From Bacillus subtilis subsp. subtilis str. 168 (lineage in GTDB: Bacteria; Bacillota; Bacilli; Bacillales; Bacillaceae), in the NCBI RefSeq assembly GCF_000009045.1, contig NC_000964.3, positions 2,310,001-2,342,000 of the forward strand: 32,000 nucleotides of DNA, written 5' to 3'. The notes beneath the pieces were generated by a model that made no database searches, was not told the DNA's origin, and saw nothing but the letters and a program-made list of their open reading frames with translations. Shown here one piece after another: positions 1-6,955 of this stretch. The translations under genes were made by a program, and so were the position numbers. Numbering within the stretch: position 1 is the first letter of the stretch; each line of letters starts with the position of its first letter.

Positions 1-419
1 CAACGCTCCTGACGCTGACATTTGTCATGCAGGGCGTGCTGCTTTTCGAACCGGCTTCCAGCGACATATCACAAACAGCGCTGGAAACGATCTTCGGATT
101 CCTTCCGCGAGTTGCGTTAGGAAGTCTGCTTGCCTTTATCTTCAGCCAAACGCTGGATGTTTATGTATATTCGGCAATTAGAAGGATATTTCCTTCTGAT
201 CGGCTTTTATGGCTCAGAAACGGCGGCAGTACAGCAGTCAGCCAGTTGTTTGATACATTCATATTCACTGCAGTCGCCTTTCTCGGCATTTATCCGGCAG
301 ACGTGTGGCTTCATATTTTTATTTCTACATATTTGATTAAGTTTGCGGTATCTTTAATTTCATTGCCTTATGCCTATGCAGCCAAAAAAATGATACCTAA
401 TGATGAAAGGAGTTCATAA
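1..419 (+). CDS. ypdP: YhhQ/DUF165-family membrane protein (queuosine-precursor transporter family), 5' end cut by the window edge
   Basis: The frame is open from the window edge to TAA 417-419. The C-terminal part is hydrophobic and multi-pass (…[21 protein letters not shown]…), as in the YhhQ family. The stop overlaps the next start (ATAATG). Confidence 0.75.
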
Positions 420-817
420 TGCCTACAGAAATATATGTAGACGGCGCAAGCGCCGGTAATCCAGGGCCTTCCGGTATCGGCATTTTTATCAAACATGAGG
501 GAAAAGCAGAATCTTTCTCTATTCCAATCGGAGTGCATACAAACCAGGAAGCGGAATTTCTTGCATTAATTGAAGGGATGAAGCTATGTGCAACGCGCGG
601 GTATCAATCAGTTTCCTTTCGAACCGATTCAGATATTGTGGAACGCGCCACTGAGCTTGAAATGGTTAAAAATATAACGTTTCAACCGTTTGTAGAAGAG
701 ATCATCCGATTAAAAGCGGCATTCCCTCTTTTTTTCATCAAATGGATACCGGGCAAGCAAAACCAAAAAGCCGATCTTCTGGCAAAAGAAGCGATTCGGC
801 TGAATGAAAAGAATTAA
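419..817 (+). CDS. ypdQ: RNase HI-like protein, 132 aa
   Basis: RNase H fold signature: YVDGAS…, [24 protein letters not shown], so the DEDD positions are present. Translationally coupled to the upstream gene. The symbol is from memory of B. subtilis gene order (ypdQ versus ypeP uncertain). Confidence 0.8.
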
Positions 818-840
818 ATCTTGATCATTGGTTCATCCTA
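811..840 (+). promoter_or_regulatory. Candidate forespore (sigma-G type) promoter for sspL
   Basis: GAATT (811-815), an 18-nt spacer, then CATCCTA (834-840). This resembles the sigma-G consensus GHATR-N18-CATXHTA and lies about 19 nt upstream of the sspL ATG. Confidence 0.35.
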
Positions 841-858
841 ATGGCGAGGTGAACTAAC

Positions 859-987
859 ATGAAAAAGAAAGATAAAGGCCGGCTGACCGGCGGTGTTACT
901 CCGCAAGGCGACCTGGAAGGCAATACACATAATGACCCTAAAACAGAGCTTGAGGAGAGAGCAAAAAAAAGCAATACAAAACGCTAG
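859..987 (+). CDS. sspL: Small acid-soluble spore protein L (42 aa), not in the ORF track
   Basis: ATG 859 is preceded by the GGCGAGGTGA RBS. Translation: MKKKDKGRLTGGVTPQGDLEGNTHNDPKTELEERAKKSNTKR. The composition is that of a minor SASP, and I recognise the sequence as SspL. Confidence 0.85.
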   Translation: MKKKDKGRLTGGVTPQGDLEGNTHNDPKTELEERAKKSNTKR

Positions 988-1013
988 AGAGGATCTAAAC
1001 GATCTCTCTAGCG
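982..1013. terminator. Shared hairpin between convergent sspL and ypcP
   Basis: CGCTAGAGAGGATC-taaac-GATCTCTCTAGCG: a 13-bp stem with one bulged G. On the minus strand a T-run follows (TTTTGTATTGCTTTTTTTT). The hairpin contains both stop codons. Confidence 0.6.
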
Positions 1014-1888
1014 TTCAGCTTTTCAAGCATACGCTCAATTCCTTTAATTTGGTGGCGGCGAAGCATGTCAGCCGCCTGCTCCATTTGCAAAGTAAATAAA
1101 GCGTCTTTCAGTGTGCAGGCCAGCGGCACTGAGCAATGGATTTCCGCAAGCTTCCTCGACATCTCCAAATCGCTTAAACCTTGCTGAATTTTTCCCTGCT
1201 GTCCTTTTGGAAGAAGAGAAAGATTTTCCAATAAACGGTCAATCGTTTCGTATTCACGAATCAGTTTGTAGGCTGTTTTTTCTCCAATGCCTTTGACTCC
1301 GGGATAGTTATCACTGGAATCACCCATAAGCGCTTTAATATCAATCAAAGCCTTCGGCATTACGCCTGTTTCTTCATAAAAAGTCTCTTTTGTATAGACT
1401 TTATAATTTCCGATTCCTTTTTGAAGCAAAGCAACGCTTACTTTATCCGTTAACAGCTGAAGTAAATCTCTGTCCCCTGTTACCACCGTAATGTCCGCTT
1501 CATTCGCAAATAAATCGGCAAGAGTACCGATACAGTCATCCGCTTCATAGCCGGCAAAGCCAATATTCATGATTCCAAGCTCTGCGGCTGCTTCCTTTGC
1601 CAAATCAAACTGCGGAATCAGCTCCACAGGCGGCGCGCTGCGGTTGGCCTTATAATCTTGGAACAAGTCATTTCGGTACGTTTTGCTCCCCATGTCCCAG
1701 CAGCAGACGACGTGTGTCGGCTGGAATGTTTCCACAGCTGTAATCAAATGCTTTAAAAAGCCGTTGACGCCGTTCGTCGGCACCCCGCTGTCATTTATCA
1801 TAAAGTTGCGATGTACGGCCGTGGCAAAAAAGGCCCGGAATAAAAGAGCCATGCCGTCAACCAGCAATAGTTTATTATTATTCATCAA
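995..1888 (-). CDS. ypcP: 5'-3' exonuclease / flap endonuclease (Pol I N-terminal domain homologue)
   Basis: 297 aa with FEN/5'-nuclease motifs (LLLVDGMALLFRAFFA, GYEADD, TGDRDLLQL, GDSSDNYPGVKGIGEKTA). RBS AAGGGAG lies 7 nt upstream of the ATG. Also named fenA. Confidence 0.95.
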   Translation of the reverse strand: MMNNNKLLLVDGMALLFRAFFATAVHRNFMINDSGVPTNGVNGFLKHLITAVETFQPTHVVCCWDMGSKTYRNDLFQDYKANRSAPPVELIPQFDLAKEAAAELGIMNIGFAGYEADDCIGTLADLFANEADITVVTGDRDLLQLLTDKVSVALLQKGIGNYKVYTKETFYEETGVMPKALIDIKALMGDSSDNYPGVKGIGEKTAYKLIREYETIDRLLENLSLLPKGQQGKIQQGLSDLEMSRKLAEIHCSVPLACTLKDALFTLQMEQAADMLRRHQIKGIERMLEKLNAREIV

Positions 1889-1940
1889 ATAACTCCCTTT
1901 TCTTTCATTCCTTCTATTTTATCATAAAGCAGCCCAAAAA

Positions 1941-1976
1941 TAAAAAACAGTATCTCTTTAATTAGAGATACTGTTT
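1941..1976 (-). terminator. Rho-independent terminator downstream of the 48-codon gene
   Basis: Minus strand: AAACAGTATCTCT-aattaa-AGAGATACTGTTT followed by TTTTATTTTT. Confidence 0.75.
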
Positions 1977-1985
1977 GAATATTTA

Positions 1986-2132
1986 TCAATCGTTGTGTCT
2001 TTTGTTGCTGGCGATCAGCTTTTCAGCTTCGCGTCCTGCGTAAGAGTCAAAATGGGTTTGAAATCCGTTTTTCTTTTTGGCGTTGTTATTCGCCTGTGCA
2101 TTTCTGTTTCCGAGCTTTGTTCTGCCCAACAT
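1986..2132 (-). CDS. Small N/K-rich hydrophilic protein (48 aa), SASP-like composition
   Basis: An internal ATG at 2132 in the 71-aa track ORF is preceded by the strong RBS AAGGGGGGATTC. Translation: MLGRTKLGNRNAQANNNAKKKNGFQTHFDSYAGREAEKLIASNKRHND. A terminator follows immediately downstream. Confidence 0.6.
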   Translation of the reverse strand: MLGRTKLGNRNAQANNNAKKKNGFQTHFDSYAGREAEKLIASNKRHND

Positions 2133-2206
2133 GAATCCCCCCTTACGTCGGATGCATATAGTATATGCTTCCGGCAGGAGGTTCACTCGCGACAGGATCA
2201 TCCAGC

Positions 2207-2464
2207 TTACATGCGGCTTACGTATTCTCTGACCATTTCTTTTGATACAAGCCGTCTTGTCGGGACGATGCCTTTTTTAGCGAGCTGATTCATTTGCTCG
2301 GTAATTTCATTAATTGCATCTGTAGTATAAGGCTCATCGTTTCTGCATTTAGCAACAGCTTCTTCAATCGCCAATTCACGCATATTTTCAAGACGCATAA
2401 ATGCTTTGATATGCTCGTGCTGTTTTGATGAATGTGCTGAAATTGCTTTATGTACCTCTGACAT
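2207..2464 (-). CDS. ypbS: Small conserved protein of unknown function (85 aa)
   Basis: ORF 2207-2521. I prefer the ATG at 2464 (MSEVHKAISAH…) over the TTG at 2521, from my recollection of an 85-aa YpbS. The RBS is weak for either start. Confidence 0.6.
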   Translation of the reverse strand: MSEVHKAISAHSSKQHEHIKAFMRLENMRELAIEEAVAKCRNDEPYTTDAINEITEQMNQLAKKGIVPTRRLVSKEMVREYVSRM

Positions 2465-2528
2465 TAATCGTTCATCTCGCTTTTTTCTATTTAGTCTATC
2501 ATGACTTGAAATACAAGCCAACTGAATT

Positions 2529-5500
2529 TTACATTTTTATTGTATTGTCTGAATTTTTCCAGGAGATGCACGCCTGATACGCCATTTCAATCTCTTTCGC
2601 ATGTTCCCCTTCCGCATATCCTCTTAAATATGTCTCTTTTTGATCCGTTATTTGCGCGATTGCTTTTTCACCCATATCTTCCTGTAAGCGTCTGAGGTGA
2701 GCAGTGTAATGAGATATCAGGCTTTCTTCTTCATTTTTTATCCATGCCTCTGTGATTTTCGTAAGTTTCATCCGTACAGCTTCGATAAAGGTCGCTTTTC
2801 CTTTCTGCTCAAAAAACTGCTTCGGTGATTTGATCTCTTTTAGTTCCTGCTCAAAAGCACGTTCTTCTATTTCCGGTTCAACTTCCTTCAACTGTATGCC
2901 GTTCGAATGCTGATCACCCGCATAAACGGAAAAATAACCGTCCTCGTTTAATGTTTTTTGAAAATGATCCAGCCATTCTTCATTGATATGCCGTTCGATG
3001 AAACCGCTCATGCGAACATCAAGCGTTTTGATTTCCTGAATATATTCAAATAGATATTCATGTAAGGCTGTTGTCATCGCTTTACTGACGTTCTTTTTCC
3101 AATCCCCGTTTTGCAGCCCGGGATGAAATGCCGATTTTAATAAATCATTTGCAAAATATGATAATCGCTGTGCAATGTGATATAGCTGCTCTCTTGTATC
3201 TTTTTTTACTTTTTCAATGATGGTTTTTGAGTTCCGCCGTTTCTCGATATCGGCCGCTGTCCGCTCAAATGACAGCATAAGGCACTGTTTCTGCGCTTCC
3301 TTCTCTTCTCGGGACTGATGCTGGGATTGGTGAAGCTGAAAAACAGTTTCGCATAGTTTGTCTGCCTCCGAACTGAGCTGCGCTGCTGACGCTTTTTTTA
3401 CATCCACTTCGATAAACCGGTCTAAGTGTTTTCTTACTTTCGAGAACTGATTATAAAATGACTCCGGTTTTCCCACCAGTTCCTCCTTACTTGATACGGT
3501 AAAGAGCTGCGGCTCATAAACCCCTTCTTTTACAAGCTCTGCGCTGACATAATCGGTCACTGTTTCGAGCTCTGTTTTATCTTTTGCAAGGTCTGCAGCA
3601 TTAATAATAAAAAACATTTTATCCATGCTGAGCGATTCTTTCACAAGTCCAAGCTTTCGCAAAAATGAACGGTCTCCTTTTGAAAAAGAGTGCTGATAAT
3701 AAGTCATATAAAAAAATGCATCAGCATCTTTGATATATTGGAATGCCAGTTCTGTATGCCGTTTATTCATGCTGCTCGCGCCGGGTGTATCAACGATCGT
3801 AATCCCTTTTTCAGTGAGCGGGCATGTATAGTAGACCGTTACCTCTTTCACAGCACAGGCCGTTGTTTCCTCTGCTACATACGGCTTTAATTCAGAGAGC
3901 GGAATCGTTAATTTCTTCTGTTCCTGTATATACTGCTGATACTTCTCGTATGCAAGCAGGAAATTGCTGATCAATTTCACGTGTTCTTCCTGCAGCCTGT
4001 TTTTTTTGACTGCCTTTTCCCACTTCTCTGTGAAGGAACGGCCTGCCGGCTCCTTTGGTATTCCGGTGAGCTGCAAAATTTCAGCCGTTAAGTCATCCTC
4101 TGTCTTAAACACTACATTCGCTGTTTTGTTTAAGTTGCCATTGATTGGCTTTGTGATCTTGTTAATTGTCGCTGTGGTTGGCGTTGGTGAGGATGGCAGC
4201 ACTCTTTCGCCGACAAGCGCATTGGCAAATGATGATTTCCCCGAGCTAAAGCCTCCAAAAAGAGCGAGTGTAAATTTCCGTTCCTCAAGCCTTTTCACCC
4301 TTTCACGAAACGCTGAAGTTTGCTTTAACAACATGCTGCATTCGCCTAAAATGTCAGACAAAGTGTAAAAGCGTTTGATTTGGTCTTGAAGCGGCATTTC
4401 TTGTTCCATTTTGATTTCTGATTTCGGCATCGGCTGCGCCGTCAGCTGGCTTCGGCCTTGTTTCTGCTCTGGAGCCGCCACTCTTGTTTTCTTCGATTTA
4501 AACCATTCTGTGTCTATATGCATTGGGCATGCGGACTCTTCTTCCCAAATGGCCCACAGGCGATCGGTTTTCTCTCGGGCATTATTCTCTAAACGTGCCT
4601 GTTCTTGAAGAAAGACAAGTTTTTCTGATTCTTGGACGAGCCGGTCGTTAATTGTTTGCACATCTTTGGAAACACGCTCTTTCACCATAGCGGAGAGCAC
4701 CTTTATGATGTCTGCGGCTTCTCTTTTCGCCTCTTTCCGGATGAGCTCTGCCAAGTCTTTTGTATATTGCAATACATATTCAGAGGAAAAGGCTGCACCA
4801 TGCTTGACCGCGTGTTCAATGATGCTTATATCAAGCGGTGTGCGATAGGCCTGAATCAGCTTTTCACTTTCAGCGGTATAGACATCAAATACCTTGGCGA
4901 GTTTATGAAGCGTGTCTATCATATGCCAATCCGCTTCGGCCTCTGTTCGTTTTGCCACATCAGAGAAAAAAGCATTCCGCCTTTTATCTCTTTCCTGTGC
5001 AGTTTTCGCTTTAGAAAAGAAAAAGCCGGTTTTAAAGGAAGGCTCTTGTGATTCTAAAAATGCAGCCGCCAATTCACGCATTTCAAAAGGCGTCAGGTTG
5101 GCGTTTTTTAAAATACGATTGATTTCTTCCTGCATCCTCTTCTCTGCCTCAGTCATTTGTTTTTCGGCCTCATCCAATTGATCACGCAGCGATTGGACCA
5201 GTCCAGTATGGATATTAAGCTGTTCAGCGAAACTCGGAGCGCCTGTTTCGTCTTTCTTCAGCATTTCCGTATGTTCCTTTAGCAGATTACGGACTTTTTG
5301 TTCGGTTAAAGCCTGCATATTGCTTTTTGATTGCTGTTCTATTCTGCTTAACTCTTCTCTCAGGGCCCCCATCTGATTGAACGGGTGATCCGGTTCTGTT
5401 ACTGATGTAAAATAGAGCGCTTCCCTTGAAATCCCTTCATTGCAAAGCATCTCCTCTACCTGCGCTTGATAGTCTCCAAATTTCGTCTCCGTCTCATCAT

Positions 5501-6110
5501 GGCGGTCAATTTGATTGACGATAAAATACACATTCGGAATGCTTTCTTTTATTGATCTGAGAAACTTTACATTTTCCTCAGCGTGCACGTGATTATAGTG
5601 AACGACGTAAAACAGCGCATCCGCTTGGTGAAGAATAGAAGCAGCCGATAGAAAATGCGCATCATCTGTTGAATCTATCCCTGGAGTATCAATATACGCA
5701 ACCCCGGAATCGATCTCAGTATACCTGTCAAAAATTTCGACGCTTTCAATCTGTTCCCCGTCTTTACAATATTGCTGCACCTTGTCTTTCTGGTAAGTCC
5801 CTTCCAGCTCAGCACACGCTCCGTCTGTTGTATGAAGCCGAACTCGCTTTTCCCCGTTTCTGATCACAACAAGGTTAGCGCTTGTCGGAATCGGGCTTGT
5901 CGGCAAAATATTCTCCATTAACAGGCAGTTCAGCAGTGACGATTTCCCCGCTGAATAATGCCCGGTAAACGCGATATAAACCTCTTCATCAGCCGCTTTT
6001 TTCATGACCGCAGCCAGTTTAGCAGCCCTTTGTTCATCTTGATTCTCAATAAATTGCTTATAAAGTTCCCCGGTTTTATGCAAAAGCTCTTTTCTGTTTT
6101 GATCTGTCAT
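2529..6110 (-). CDS. dynA: Bacterial dynamin-like protein: two dynamin GTPase modules fused in one 1193-aa chain
   Basis: There are two P-loops: GHYSAGKS (nt 5940-5963, K56) and GGFSSGKS (nt 4233-4256, K625). Each is followed by DTPG (IDTPGIDS / VDTPGASS) and N-x-x-D (NQID / NAAD) motifs and long helical stalks. Formerly ypbR. Confidence 0.95.
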   Translation of the reverse strand: MTDQNRKELLHKTGELYKQFIENQDEQRAAKLAAVMKKAADEEVYIAFTGHYSAGKSSLLNCLLMENILPTSPIPTSANLVVIRNGEKRVRLHTTDGACAELEGTYQKDKVQQYCKDGEQIESVEIFDRYTEIDSGVAYIDTPGIDSTDDAHFLSAASILHQADALFYVVHYNHVHAEENVKFLRSIKESIPNVYFIVNQIDRHDETETKFGDYQAQVEEMLCNEGISREALYFTSVTEPDHPFNQMGALREELSRIEQQSKSNMQALTEQKVRNLLKEHTEMLKKDETGAPSFAEQLNIHTGLVQSLRDQLDEAEKQMTEAEKRMQEEINRILKNANLTPFEMRELAAAFLESQEPSFKTGFFFSKAKTAQERDKRRNAFFSDVAKRTEAEADWHMIDTLHKLAKVFDVYTAESEKLIQAYRTPLDISIIEHAVKHGAAFSSEYVLQYTKDLAELIRKEAKREAADIIKVLSAMVKERVSKDVQTINDRLVQESEKLVFLQEQARLENNAREKTDRLWAIWEEESACPMHIDTEWFKSKKTRVAAPEQKQGRSQLTAQPMPKSEIKMEQEMPLQDQIKRFYTLSDILGECSMLLKQTSAFRERVKRLEERKFTLALFGGFSSGKSSFANALVGERVLPSSPTPTTATINKITKPINGNLNKTANVVFKTEDDLTAEILQLTGIPKEPAGRSFTEKWEKAVKKNRLQEEHVKLISNFLLAYEKYQQYIQEQKKLTIPLSELKPYVAEETTACAVKEVTVYYTCPLTEKGITIVDTPGASSMNKRHTELAFQYIKDADAFFYMTYYQHSFSKGDRSFLRKLGLVKESLSMDKMFFIINAADLAKDKTELETVTDYVSAELVKEGVYEPQLFTVSSKEELVGKPESFYNQFSKVRKHLDRFIEVDVKKASAAQLSSEADKLCETVFQLHQSQHQSREEKEAQKQCLMLSFERTAADIEKRRNSKTIIEKVKKDTREQLYHIAQRLSYFANDLLKSAFHPGLQNGDWKKNVSKAMTTALHEYLFEYIQEIKTLDVRMSGFIERHINEEWLDHFQKTLNEDGYFSVYAGDQHSNGIQLKEVEPEIEERAFEQELKEIKSPKQFFEQKGKATFIEAVRMKLTKITEAWIKNEEESLISHYTAHLRRLQEDMGEKAIAQITDQKETYLRGYAEGEHAKEIEMAYQACISWKNSDNTIKM

Positions 6111-6219
6111 AAGTCTGAACCCCTTTGTGCCGTTTCAATTGTGAACCTTTTTCGAAAGATCTGAATTCATTCCCTTTTCATTTTACACAAGAATAAACCA
6201 AATTTCTTTAGGAGAATAG

Positions 6220-6247
6220 AAAAAAGCCGCCATTACGGCAGCTTCTA
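6220..6247 (-). terminator. Weak intrinsic terminator after the micro-ORF, upstream of dynA
   Basis: Minus strand: AGCTGCC-gtaat-GGCGGCT, a 7-bp stem that includes a G-U pair, followed by TTTTTTC. Confidence 0.5.
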
Positions 6248-6285
6248 TAAAAGAAAATCTGCAACTTTTACAAGTTCCAGATTCA

Positions 6286-6375
6286 TCAAACAGATTTATT
6301 AGAGATTCCTTTTAATACAAAACCAATTAATACACTATATGTACAAACCGCTCCAAGCAAAAACAGCATTGTCAT
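6286..6375 (-). CDS. 29-codon hydrophobic micro-ORF (predicted single TM helix), not in the ORF track
   Basis: ATG 6375 is preceded by the AGGATGGTGA RBS. Translation: MTMLFLLGAVCTYSVLIGFVLKGISNKSV, with stop TGA at 6286-6288. It has its own promoter upstream and a terminator downstream. Confidence 0.4.
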   Translation of the reverse strand: MTMLFLLGAVCTYSVLIGFVLKGISNKSV

Positions 6376-6392
6376 TTGCTTCACCATCCTGA

Positions 6393-6442
6393 TTGAGAAT
6401 CTTTTTCAAACCCATTTTAACATGGTTGAGAATGATTTTCAA
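6393..6442. promoter_or_regulatory. Two 17-bp palindromic operator-like boxes, 33 bp apart
   Basis: Plus strand: TTGAGAATcTTTTTCAA (6393-6409) and TTGAGAATgATTTTCAA (6426-6442). They are 15/17 identical. The second is an 8-1-8 palindrome with 7/8 symmetry. One covers the -35 and the other covers +1 and beyond. Confidence 0.45.
6414..6442 (-). promoter_or_regulatory. Sigma-A promoter with extended -10
   Basis: Minus strand: TTGAAA (6437-6442), a 17-nt spacer, then TGtTAAAAT (-10 at 6414-6419). It lies 4 nt after the bpsB stop. Confidence 0.55.
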
Positions 6443-6445
6443 TCG

Positions 6446-6952
6446 CTATTTTACGCTGTATTCCTGTAATGCTTTGTCTTCTGCGCGAATTCTGACGCTT
6501 AACAACACGGCATTGAAAATGGAAAACAGACACATGGTGACGTATGCTTGATAAAGCAGCGGAATCAGCAAAATTTCGAGGATAACAACGGCATAGTTTG
6601 GATGTTTCATCCATTTATATGGACCTTTTTTTACAAGCTCTACACCTGGAACAACAAGGATTTTCGTATTCCAATATGCTCCTAAGGAACAAAGCGCCCA
6701 ATACCGTACGATCTGTACGCTTAAAATCACTGCAGCGATACCGAGCCACCAGCTGGACGGCTGTTTATTCATCAGCAGCACCTCGGCAATTAAGGACAGG
6801 AAAAAAAGGATATGCATCGTAATGATATACGGATAGTGGCTCTCGCCAAATTCAATTGCTCCTTGCTTCTTTACCTTTTGTTCGTTTTGCCTGGCCACTG
6901 CCATTTCTGCTGCTCTTTGAACAATGAGAATGGCGATCAACAACCAAAACAT
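6446..6952 (-). CDS. bpsB: Isoprenylcysteine carboxyl methyltransferase-family membrane methyltransferase (alkylpyrone O-methyltransferase)
   Basis: 168 aa, multi-TM, with an ICMT-like C-terminal motif (GPYKWMKHPNY…E). Positioned immediately downstream of the type III PKS. Formerly ypbQ. Confidence 0.9.
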   Translation of the reverse strand: MFWLLIAILIVQRAAEMAVARQNEQKVKKQGAIEFGESHYPYIITMHILFFLSLIAEVLLMNKQPSSWWLGIAAVILSVQIVRYWALCSLGAYWNTKILVVPGVELVKKGPYKWMKHPNYAVVILEILLIPLLYQAYVTMCLFSIFNAVLLSVRIRAEDKALQEYSVK

Positions 6953-6955
6953 GAG

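Noticed and set aside
3690-5181. A series of plus-strand ORFs of 60-139 aa (3690-3890, 3964-4368, 4411-4608, 4632-5051, 4666-4848, 4912-5181)
   Set aside because: All lie antisense inside the dynA coding region. They have no RBS and an S/F/C/L-rich composition typical of shadow frames. The dynA frame is continuous and motif-bearing throughout.
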